Assembly: GCA_964187785.1 (NCBI GenBank)
Contig: OZ076409.1
Location: 50,282,001 to 50,346,000 of the forward strand
Reading direction: 5' to 3'
Length of the DNA stretch: 64,000 nucleotides
From: Amphiscolops sp. MND2022
Taxonomy: Eukaryota
Shown here: positions 26,482 to 37,601 of the stretch, piece after piece
Position numbering within the stretch: position 1 is the first letter of the stretch
Layout of the letters: the number at the start of each line of letters is the position of its first letter
Notes under the pieces: generated by a model
Told to the model about the DNA's origin: nothing
What the model saw: the letters and a program-made list of their open reading frames with translations, nothing else
Database searches by the model: none
Program-made: the position numbers and the translations under genes

Positions 26482-26805
26482 TAATATTTGTGACAAGTTG
26501 CACAAAAAAGCATTAATATTGTGACATCCTGCACGGTCGGTAGCTAATATTCCTAGCAAGTTGCACACCCCTAATAATATTATTAAAATTATTATTATTA
26601 ATTGGTCGAGCAACTTGGCGTGCAACTTGTACCAGATTGCGTGCAACCTGGTTTCAACTGAGATTAATCCATTTTTTAAAAATCATGGTTTTTCATCTTA
26701 GTTTACATCTAGTTTCACTTTCCATTTTGCATCCAGTTTCGATTACATCTAGTACCATGCGTTTGCCATCGGTCTCGAGCTGACAATCTAAAAATTTGGA
26801 GAGCT

Positions 26806-29800
26806 TCAAATATTGAATTGAAACAGTTGAGATATTTTAAAGTTTGAAATGACAACAGTTAAGACAACAACATGGTAAAAATTTAAGATGACAACCAACA
26901 GGTAAAATACAGGTAATGAGCCGGCAACTTGAAAAGCAGATTTAATTTTTTGATATACGAATTTACACGAAGTGTCACTCAAATTGATTTTGAGATCCTT
27001 CAGATGCCATTTCAGATCTTTGAAAGTAATGGTGTTATTTGCATTGGCAAATGCCTTGCAGGCCTCCATTTCTTCCGTCGTCCAAATATGTTTCTCAGTG
27101 TCTCTAAATCGGGACATTGATCTGAGATACTTCTCACGGGAGAAACCTTTCTGTTTTTTTGGCGGAGGCTGATCCTGTTCTTCATCTTCTTCGGCATGAT
27201 CTTCTTCAATGTCGTTTTCATCATCTACATTTGGCTGGGGGCGTTTTGGGGAGAACACCAAATCTCTAGTTGAATTAAGACTGACGCGGCCTAGGGACAA
27301 AGGTCGGGGCCGGGGTTGAGGGCGAGTCGGGGGTTGACGGACAGGTTGTGGCACGGGAACATCAGCTTCGACTTCCGACTCGTCCGACATGTCCTCGATT
27401 TCCTCGGGACACACTTGCTCAGTAGATTCTTGAGTGGAGTCGAGGTCGCGGTTGTAAATGTTGATGATCCCAATTCGGTCCTGCAATTCCAGCCCCACGT
27501 AATGCAGTCCACCCGTGGTAGAACTATGGGCAGTTTGCGCGGAATGGGCATTCATCAAGTTGGCTGCCACTCCCATCTGCCGAACCCTCATCTCCCAGAA
27601 CTTACGAATGGAGTTGGCATTGAACCTGACCTCGCTCGGATCGTCTCCGAATAGCTCAGCGAAGGCCAGGTTCAACAACTGTGGCATTCGTGTTTCCACG
27701 TTGTTCTTCCCATTTGCGAAGATGAGGGCTTGTTGTTGACCAGATTCCTGTTCGCACCTCCGTTTCAGTTCCCACAGAAACTCCACCTGGTCTGGCTGGA
27801 TCATGAGGGCCACATCATATACATGACCAGTCTTGTGATCATCGGTTTCGTGGACCAGTCCTTTGCACAATTTGTTCTCAAAGGTCTCCCACTTCAACTT
27901 TAAAATTGACCCACTTCTGGTGTTCAGCCTGACCTGCATCAGGAAGAAATTGAGCGCCTCTAAGTTATTGAGCGAAAGGGTTTTTGACTGAAGATCCTCT
28001 GACAATCGTTCAATCACATCAGTCTTCCTTTGGCTCAGAACGGCATGTGACGGCACTTTCGAAAACATTTCCTTCCGGACAGTACGCTTGGCTTTGTTCA
28101 TCTCCTTCGACACATGAACTTTCTGCTCCTTGATTGCATGCATCATGGATTCATGGTCGAATGGGTATGTGTGAGATTCGTAGTGCCTCACGTACACCAC
28201 AAAGGACTTGAAATGTGTCAGGTACTGTACAACAGACTGTGGGGCCCATTTGCGTCGCTCTTTCAACCTGAAATGTATTTTACCTTTATTTATATACCTT
28301 TAAAAAACATTTATTTATTTACCTTTAAAAGGTATTTACATTCCACCTAATAAAAAATTTGCCATCGGTCGCGAGTCGAAGTTATTTGCCATCAACGAAA
28401 TTAATGTACCTGTTAACCGCAGCAGTGAGATTCTTGCTATTCGCGAGGGCATTTGTCCCCCTAAATAGCAGCGCCAGTGTTGTTCTCAAGGCCTGCTTCC
28501 CTTTCACGGGATCCTCGTCTTCCAGGCTGTATGTCCCGTGTCTCAGGTGGTGGTTATGGGCCAGGAACTGGTCCACCAGATGCAGGTGCTCCTCAGACGC
28601 TAATGTGCTGTTTTTCAGCTTCATTCTGATCTCCATGGGAAGACACTTTCTACTCTGGTGGTTCTCAATTTTTGAAACCTGCTCCAGGGAACACTTATAG
28701 TGTCGCTTGTGAGACCGCTTGTCCACAAACTGCTTTGCGTGCTCCTCGCAGTACCATACGTTGGCATTCCCATGGGCACTACGCATTCGGACGAAGTTGT
28801 TTATTACTTTGACTTCATCCACTGTAAATTCTTTGTGCACACTCAGTAAATGCCTGTCAAGCCGCTTCACGCTTTGATCACAGACTAAGCACTCAGTGAG
28901 TTGGGCGTGCTTCACTTTTTTGGTTACCTTGGTTGTTGCATCAGTTCTAGCGACCTTTTGAGTTGGTATGACAATTACCGACGGAGGTGTGGCGTCTAGT
29001 TCCAAAGTAGTTGTCAATGTGGAGGCAAGCGGTGTTTCAGGACTGGGTACTTGAGTTGTTGTTATTGTGGAGGCAAGTGGTGTTTCGGGACTGGGTACTT
29101 GAGTTGTGGTTTTTGTGGAGGCAAGTGGTGATTCGGGACTGGGTACTTGAGTTGTTGTTATTGTGGAGGCAAGTGGTGATTCAGGACTAGGTACTTGAGT
29201 TGGTGTTAATGTGGCTGCGTTTCGTGACAGTGGTTCTGGCTGTGGTTGTGCAAAAATCTTGTCCAGGCAGCTCTCGCAGCGACAGTCACAATTATTTTGT
29301 CCAAAGTAATGATCCGAATAATGCACAAATATTTCCTCATTTGCGTCTATGTGCCGCAGGGTCTCAATTCTGATGATCATTTTGCCGCGGGACTCACCAC
29401 CACACACGAATTTTGCATTTGGTTTGCAGTGGTGATTGATGAATGATGCTGGCCCGAGCATGATTGTTTCGAGCCCGCCATTGTTACTAAACATGGAGAA
29501 ATCGGGGACAATTTCTCCTTCGGGAACGGTGGCCATGTACCCGTCAAGTCCGGGAATGACAAATTTTTTGACAATGTTCTTCCTCGCTTTGACACAAATC
29601 TCGTCACTGTCACTGAAGTAGCCAGTTTTCGACGCATACTTCACGTACTCGAACGACGAGGCATATGAAGTGAGCAAGTCGTCTGCTAACTTCTTGACTT
29701 TTTCAGTGGCGACGTGAAGAAGTCTTCAGGTGGCGCACAGTACTTGTGACTTATTTTTCCAGCCACATCGATGAACAATTTTGTAAAATGTGCATCTAGC

Positions 29801-30974
29801 TGACCAAGAATAAGATCATCTCTCCTAACTTTCTTAACTTTCTTAACAGTGTCAGTTGGCACAGGTTCTTGCACGGGGTCGGGGACAATCTCTGGGACAG
29901 TCTCAATTGACAGAGGATCTGCGGCAATCTCAGTTGGCACAGGATCTTGCACAGGGTTTGGCAGAGGTTCTGCGACAGTCTCAGTTGGGAGAGATTCGGA
30001 GACTTGATCTGGGACAGTCTCAATTGACAGAAAATCTGCAGCAGTCTCAGTTGGCACAGGTTCTTGCACAAGGTTTGGCACAGGTTCTGCGACAGTCTCA
30101 GGTGGGACAGGTTCGGACACTTGATCTGGGACAGTCTCAATTGACAGAAGATCTGCGGCAGTCTCAGTTGGCACAGGTTCTGGAACTACAGGGACCGCTT
30201 TTTGACCGCGTTTTGCGCGTGTGACACGTGCTTCAGGAATAGTTAACTCGGGCACAGGGTTTGGCACAGGTTCTGCGACAGTCTCAGGTGGGACAGATTC
30301 GGACACTTGATCTGGGACAGTCTCAATTGACAGAAGATCTGCGGCTGTCTCAGTTGGCACAGGTTCTGGTACTATAGGGACCGTTTTTTGACCGCGTTTT
30401 GCGCGTGTGACACGTGCTTCAGGAATAGTTAACTCGGGCACAGGGTTTGGCACAGGTTCTGCGACAGTCTCAGGTGGGACAGATTCGGACACTTGATCTG
30501 GGACAGTCTCAATTGACCGAAGATCTGCGGCTGTCTCAGTTGGCACAGGTTCTGGTACTATAGGGACCGTTTTTGACCGCCTTTTGCGCGTGTGACACGT
30601 GCTTCAGGAATAGTTAAGTCGAATTGTGCAACTATCGAGGGCTCAAGTTGGACAGACTCAACAGTGGGGACTACTTTTCTGGCTACTTTTGACCGCTTTT
30701 TGCACGTGAGGCATGAGTTAAGCCTTGCAGGATTGTTGTTCCCTGGCGGGTGACACGAGTGGTTTGGTTGTTTATCTGTCCTCGAGTTGATGGCATAATG
30801 ATATAAGAAGATGTTGTGTTCGTGGTGAACGTTTTGCGTAGTGTAGGTTGAGTTTTGAAACAAGATAATGATTACCAAGTACATGCACCAAGTTATTTCC
30901 AATTGCGGTAATTGAGGCATCCTTTTGAGGCAGCGGTTAATTAATCTTTGACAAAATGAGTCCTTCACACGCAA
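26806..30974 (-). CDS. Repeat-rich N-terminus + SUV4-20-like SET + C2H2 zinc finger + tyrosine recombinase + Myb/SANT-like tail (spliced; two 1-nt frameshifts as assembled; 5' end uncertain)
   Basis: SET: DFSM...LGPASFINHHCKPNAKF...EEIFVHYSDHYFGQNNCDCRCESC, compared with SUV4-20 LGPAAFINHDCRPN...YGDGFFGENNEFCECYTC. ZnF: CLVCDQSVKRLDRHLLSVH. YR: RLNTRSG, DHKT, NANSIRK, TAHS, LHYV. A GT-AG intron at 28409-28268 joins ...AVNR to LKERRKW in frame, colinear with the intronless paralog at 52350. Confidence 0.85.
29860..30620 (-). repeat. Coding tandem repeats (180-bp/60-aa units plus shorter variants) in the SET-YR N-terminus
   Basis: PVPTETAADLLSIETVPDQVSESVPPETVAEPVPNPVPELTIPEARVTRAKRGQK repeated. 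A separate 48-bp (TQVPSPESPLASTITT) x4 repeat lies at ~29020-29205. Confidence 0.9.
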
Positions 30975-31136
30975 TTGATCTTTATATTTTTTCTTCTGTT
31001 TTACAGGTGTTTTATTGTCTTATGAAACTTAAAAATAACCTTTGAAAAATCAATATATTAAAAAATAATCGATAATTTGTATCATTAATTACATATGTTA
31101 TTTATGTTATCTATTAGTTAGCTCACGAATTAGTTA

Positions 31137-31357
31137 GCAAATTCAAACATATGTGGAAAATATCGCATCAGCTCACGACCGATGGCAAATTCAAACATAA
31201 TTGGAAAATATCGCATCAGCTCACGACCGATGGCAAATTCAAACATATGCGGAAAATATCGTATCAGCTCACGACCGATGGCAAATTCAAACATAATTGG
31301 AAAATATCGCATCAGCTCACGACCGATGGCAAATTCAAACATATGCGGAAAATATCG
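31137..31357 (+). repeat. 48-bp tandem array (~4.6 units, two alternating variants) between the divergent genes
   Basis: Unit GCAAATTCAAACATATG(T/C)GGAAAATATCGCATCAGCTCACGACCGATG. The motif CTCACGACCGATGGCAAA occurs at 31172, 31220, 31268 and 31316. Confidence 0.92.
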
Positions 31358-32128
31358 TAGCAGCAAAATGGCAAAAGTTTGCTTTAGTTTATTCACTTCA
31401 AATTGCTTGTTAGTGAGTCACTGTGATTTTCATTGGTTGTAATATGATTCCGTCCAGAAAACAGCGTGTTAACATTTGTTTACATTGCAAACTGACTTTC
31501 AATACATTTGCTTCGATTTTGTGCTTTGATTAGAAGGTTTTTGAACGCTCTCAACTTGATTTATTCAATTTCAATTCACGCTGCTATACAACTGCTAACG
31601 TTGACTGTTTATTTCCAGTTTATTTCCAGTCTGTTTAATTCCCTGTTAAATTTCCTGTTCGCCCTTTACAATGGATTTTTCACCCGGCCCCAGTAGAAAA
31701 GTACCAGGTTAAAATTGTTCAAACTATTTTCAATTGTTTTTGATTGTATGTTTGTTTTATACAGCGATACCCAGAATTAAATACAAAATTATTTCAATGA
31801 CAAAAGTATGTAATTTTGTTCCGGAAATAAACAAAGTTTAATTCGTTTCTCTATATTCAAAAAATACAATCATCAAAACTGAACTCAGAATCGTTCACGA
31901 AGAATAGTTTCAACAGTTTTTGATTGGGCGGTTTTTGCTTGGGCTCAAGATAAATCACAAAAGTTCATTTTGCTCACAATGCAAGTGTTTGGTTGAGTCG
32001 GTTACTCAACTTTCGTTTGGGAAAATATTTTTGTTATCTAGAAACAGTTTTTTCCAAATTTGGTGAAATTTGTATTTTCGGGGTTATTTATTATTGGGAA
32101 TCACTGGTTTAATATAAATATTTTCCAG

Positions 32129-35100
32129 GATTAGCCTGCGACATCGGTACGTGTGATTACGTTACGAACAAAGCATCAAACTTGGCACGCCATCGTTCAT
32201 CGTGCAAAGGTATGCCCCTGGAGGAGTGGAAAGTGAAGGAGCGCACATGTGAAAAATGTGGGCAGTTGTTCATGACAAAAATGAACAGAGTGCACCACCA
32301 ACAATCTGCCAAATATTGCACCGTGCAGGCGCAGACACCTGGAAAGATGAGACAATACAGTAATTGTTATTTACATATGTAATACAGTGATACTTTTTCT
32401 CAATTTTGATATAATTTTGCATAAAATTTCTGAAACATTTTATGTTTAATCAACCCCCTGATATAGCCGAAGCCCCTGATGAGTTTTGATTCAGAAATCT
32501 CTTAAAATCTCAACGAAAATTTGCTGTAAAATTGAGCTTTTTTGAAAAGACATGTGTTAGGATAAGATTTCGAATAATAACCTTTTAAAACAGGCTCGTG
32601 TTAATTCAATTGAAAAAAAATGTGTAATGTAATTTACATATGTAATGTAGAGGCTGCAAGGGGCGAGAAGCGGACCCCGTACTCGTGCCAGGGATGTGAC
32701 GCCACATACATGTATCGCAGCAATCTGCGCGAACACGTGGCCAGATCTACAAAATGCCATGCTCTTCTTCCTGCCATGCCCAAGGAACTCACATTTGAGT
32801 CGGTCCCACCAGCCCCATTTGGGACAATCAAGTTCTTCAAGTACTGCGAGTCTCTTCCACTGAATGGGAATTTCCATGTGGCACAGTGGGACGGGCCAGT
32901 GGATGACCAGAGCTCCAAACTGAAGAACTTGCTCCGACAAAGGATTCCACTGCTGTGGAAAAATGGAGCTGCATGTTGCAAGGGCCTCTCTATTCCAACT
33001 TCTGACCTCAATTATCCATCGTTTGTGGAATATTTGCTGCAACCGGAAAATCTGCAGCACCCCGAAGTGGAACTGGATGTGAAGTCTGCCAAAATTGGGA
33101 AGGTAAGCACATTGTCACAGTGTTGTTTGTACATTGATCGTTGTTGCTTAATGAATTTTATTAATCTTCAGACACGCAAGTTGAGTGCAAAGGAATTTGT
33201 TCGAGAGCTCCGGGAAGGAAACAAACCTTACGAACCTTTGAATGTCATTGACATCCAGTTGAAACCTAAGGTAGTTATATCATTTTTCATTTTGTGTATA
33301 TTATATTATTCACATTATATAATGTGTATTATATTTATTCACATATATTTTGTGTATGCATTTTTCATTCAATTAGGGCCTCTATCACATGCCGTCAATG
33401 GTGAAGGAGGCTTCTATCAGCCGTTATATCGATTCCCTGGCCAATCTAGAAGACATGGAGCCATACTCCAAGTCAACAGGTTACTACCTGTTGCTTTCGC
33501 AAGATGGGTGCCATACGACATGGCACAGGGATTTTTCGGCCACGTCCGTGTTTTACGTGGTCCTCAGAGGCACGAAAATCTTTTTCCTGGTGGAACCGAC
33601 TGATGCCAATGTTGCTATATTTGACCGTTGGTCTGAAGCGGAGTCCGACGTTTAGTATGTTATTTGTCACTCAGTTTGCCATAAATCACGGCGATGTTTT
33701 GATATGCTATAATTTTTATATTACTTTTAGTCCCACTTTCTTTGGCAACATAAAGGAACTCGAGGGGGGGTGTCGTCGGATTGTGTTGAATGCTGGCGAT
33801 TGTTTGGTGATGCCAGCGCATTTCATCCACCTGGTTCTGACTAAAGGTATTCTGAGTGATTGGTTAATTTAATCATAAATATTATCAAGGTTGCAAATTA
33901 AACATGTTTTTTTTTCAATTTATACCGTTTTTTTTTTTGAAACAAATCATGTTTTTTTGTTTTTTATTGTTTTTTTTTCAAATAAATGCAAAATAACTGC
34001 AGACTCATCTAATAAAAACATACAACACAGTCAAATTTTAGCTATTCGATAAAATGACGTCATTAAACTTTCGTTTAAACACCTGTTTGAACCACTGCCA
34101 ACATTGAATATTATTCATAATTGATTAAAAATATAATGCGTTTAGGAAATTCAGTTGCAATTGGGACCAATTTTTTGGCGAAGGGACACCTTGACGTCAT
34201 TTTGAAGCAGTTCGTTGAGGACAATAAGCTCTTAAACGAGGGGCTTCTTTGCGATGAAGAAATGTTCCCGGGACTGGCAGACATGATGGCGGTATTTCTT
34301 TACGTGACACTGCGAAAAAAGTTGAGTTTCAATCTCATCGACGATGTACTCGCCATCAATAGCGTCATCATGGATAAATACAACGAAGACAATGTGAAAA
34401 GTGTAAGTATTGAGAATTGTGTAAATTGAACTGTCGATTTGCCATCGGTCGCGAGCCAACTCATTTTATATATTTATAATATAAACTTTTTTATTATTTT
34501 CATATACATTTTATACATATATTATATATTTATAATATATTTGTTTTGGCACTTTTTATATATTAATAAAAAACTGAACTGTCGATTTGCCATCGGTCGC
34601 GAGCCAACTCATTTTATATATTTATAATATAAAATATATTTTTTCATATTTATATATATTTTATACATCTTTTATATATTTATATGTTTATAATATATTT
34701 ATTTTGGCACTTTTTAAAAAATAATAAAAAACTGAACTGTCGATTTGCCATCGGTCGCGAGCCAACTCATTTTATATATTTATAATATAAAATATTTTTT
34801 AAATATATTTATATATATTTTATACATATTTTATATATTTATATGTTTATAATATATTTATTTAGGCAAATTTTATATATTAATGAAAAACTGAATTGTC
34901 AATTTGCCATCGATCGCGAGTACACATAATGTATTGTTTATTTTTTAGATTATCCCAGGCTTTAGCAAAACCAAACTGGCAAATAGAATTGCCAATGCGG
35001 TGCCACCAGTGGAGGCCACGTCATCGCCTCGTTGCCTGTTGGACTCCAAGCCGATTACAACCCTAAATTTTGGCGCAAACTTGGCTGCAATTCCCACGTG

Positions 35101-35287
35101 GAAAGGTGACCTGGTAGAGGGGGAGGCTGCAACAACTACCACGGAGACTCCATTAACCACTGAGGACCTCATTGCAGACATGGTTTCCCTGCAGTGCACT
35201 GACCCCGATTTTGTGCCACGTCGGCACGAAATCTTGGAAGTCTTGAAACCTGGTTTCAGGCATTTCAAACTCTGTGAAACTCTGTGA
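32129..35287 (+). CDS. Multi-exon zinc-finger + JmjC protein (KDM2/KDM7-PHF8-like putative histone demethylase); first exon/start uncertain
   Basis: JmjC motifs: LLSQDGCHTTWHRDFSATSVFYVVLRGTKIFFLVEPTDAN (HxD, K) and LNAGDCLVMPAHFIHLVLTK|GNSVAIGTNFL (distal H; compare IHAVLTPxDxLxFGGNFL). GT-AG introns at ~33103-33170, ~33270-33376, ~33657-33730, ~33848-34145 and 34403-34948 give an in-frame product. N-terminal fingers CDIGTCDY..RHRSSC, CEKCGQLF..HHQQSAKYC and CQGCDATY..REHVARSTKC. Confidence 0.85.
34430..34920 (+). repeat. AT-rich ~150-bp tandem repeat in the last JmjC intron, each unit containing TTTGCCATCGGTCGCGAG
   Basis: Motif at 34438, 34586, 34744 and 34903. Confidence 0.85.
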
Positions 35288-37423
35288 AACTAGAAACTGT
35301 TTTCTTGTTAGTTATTTTCTTATTTAGTTGTGAAACTTGTTTTCTCATTTATTATTTATTCTTTTATTTAGAAGAAATTATTTTCTTACTTAGTAGAACT
35401 CGTTTTCTTTAGTTGTTTTACGAAGTCGCACGTGAACTTAAAAAAACATTCAGACAGAAGAAAATTTCAATGTTACTTTTGAAAAAACATTTTTAAAAAG
35501 TATTAAAACAAAATTCCCAGGTTGGGGGGTCTTATTTACAGGTACTGCAGTCAATGACGAATAGAATAGTACCTGGCCCCATCTTTTTGAGAGAGAACTT
35601 AACTGGCCCCATCTTAAGAGAACTTAACAAAATAATTTCCAAAATAAATTCAGAAAGTATGAACTTTTCATGTGTTTTTTGGAAGAACATCAAAACCTAT
35701 TCCTTTGAGTTTGTATTCCCGTCCTTTTGAACCAACAACATTGAACCAAGTTGAGATTGTCCATCTGAGACCCCCCTGGTCCCACTTCACCAAAATTTGT
35801 TCTATTACTCACCGTCTTCATACTACAGTCGCGCGTGTACTAACTGCACACACGTACATGTACTCGTTCACACTGGACTGCATACAAGCAATTATGACGT
35901 CACCACTTGTTCACGGCTGTACTGCATACACTCACATTTCGTTCACATTACATGCAATCGTTCACACTGTACACACTGTTCACTGTACATTTACTGCATA
36001 TACTGCGTGGTTTATTCAACAAAATAATTGAAAACTACAGAAAGTACATTATATTGTGGTTTGTAGTATTTTTGTTATCTTTTCAAGAATTATTTCAAGA
36101 ATCACGGACACGTCTTATTTCCCCCAGGTACAAACGATGTCTATATGATTACATACAGGTATGTACATACATTTCAATATCCTGTACACAAATAATACTA
36201 GATGAACCATAAAAAACGGAATGCATAAAAATTTTCGAGCTAACAAATTTTCAAATATTTGTCAACAAAAGTTTCAAAACAACTCTGAACAATGCAATTC
36301 AGCTCGTCAGTCATTCAATTTGACAACTTTTTTCGAAGCCAAGAAACTTTCACACATAAAAATTGTGAACTAAATGACTGGTAAAGACGTCTAGGCTACG
36401 TGTATTTCTGAAGGTTCAGATTAATCTTTCTTGAAGAATTGATTACGAAATGAGATGATGATTGACAAAAGAAAGGGAAAGATTCTCAGTGTGTTGTTTA
36501 CAAATATTAAGATTTTGAAGAGTGAATAATTTTTGTGCGTTCCGTTTTTTTGGTTAACCTAGTACATTACATTCCCATTAAAGCAAAATTGACGGATTGT
36601 CTCCAGAGATGTTTCGACACGTTATTGCTTTTAAAATAGACATTATTGGATTATATTATTTTTTATCGGAATGCTCAAGGTAATGTCTAGTTCTTTTCAT
36701 CGCAAACTATGCTCAACGCAAATTTTCTATTTTCTGATCTTTTTTGAAATCGTTCTTTGTTAATTTCTCTACACACAGGATTGCATCGTTGATTTTTTCG
36801 AAAGGAATCTGATGAAAACAATAGATGATTCCAAACAATGAAAAAATAAATAATTTATCAATAAATTTTATAAAAAAATAATAATTTAATGTTTCATGAA
36901 ATGTTCAATTTGATGAAATGTTTTATGCAACGACTGCTGTTCTCACTGCAAAGTATTGGTACCTTTTTGCTCAGTATTTCAAAGATCCACACCCTGTGAT
37001 CCCATTGTGAGTTTCTGGTTACTTTATAATAATTAGAATTATTTATGCTTTGAATGTTTGAATTTTTCCAATGAGACCCTTCAGAGGCCACGTTCTCGAC
37101 GTGGGTCTTGTTAAGGGCGACACTATGTGATCCCCTAACTGAGAGCCTCTTTAAAAATACAATATACTGGGAAAAAGTGTAACATTGTTGTGATTTTTGT
37201 TATCATAGCAACCACTCGTTCCCGACATTTTCGTTACAACCAACATTGGTGTGAATGACTTTTTAAAATTTCTACAAAGTTCAATTTTGGACTCTGTGCG
37301 AAGAAAATGTGTAATGTGTAAAGTGTACCATCGGTCGCGAGCCAACACGTTATATACATTTAAAGTATTTATATTTTAAATTAAAATGGCAATTTCCCAT
37401 CGGTCGCGAGCCAACACATTGTA

Positions 37424-37601
37424 CAGTTTAACTTCAGTATCACACATGTGCACTATAGTGTAACCTTCAGAATAACGCACATAGTTTGTGCCCCCGCGTT
37501 TGGTTTTTATCATTTGGTCTTTTTCGCTTATAACACACACTTCAGAATAACGTACTTGAGCGTTTTCTCCCAGCGAGGTGTATAATACTGAAGTTAAACT
37601 G
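37424..37601. mobile_element. 178-bp Tc1/mariner-type MITE
   Basis: Perfect 17-bp TIRs CAGTTTAACTTCAGTAT (37424-37440) and ATACTGAAGTTAAACTG (37585-37601), flanked by TA on both sides. Removing it restores the neighbouring motif-bearing tandem unit. Confidence 0.85.

Noticed and set aside
26392-26646. 84-aa ORF with poly-Ile
   Set aside because: It is a translation of the (TAA)18 microsatellite.
31137-31357. CRISPR-like array
   Set aside because: Units are contiguous tandem copies without unique spacers, there are no cas genes, and the context is eukaryotic and intron-containing.
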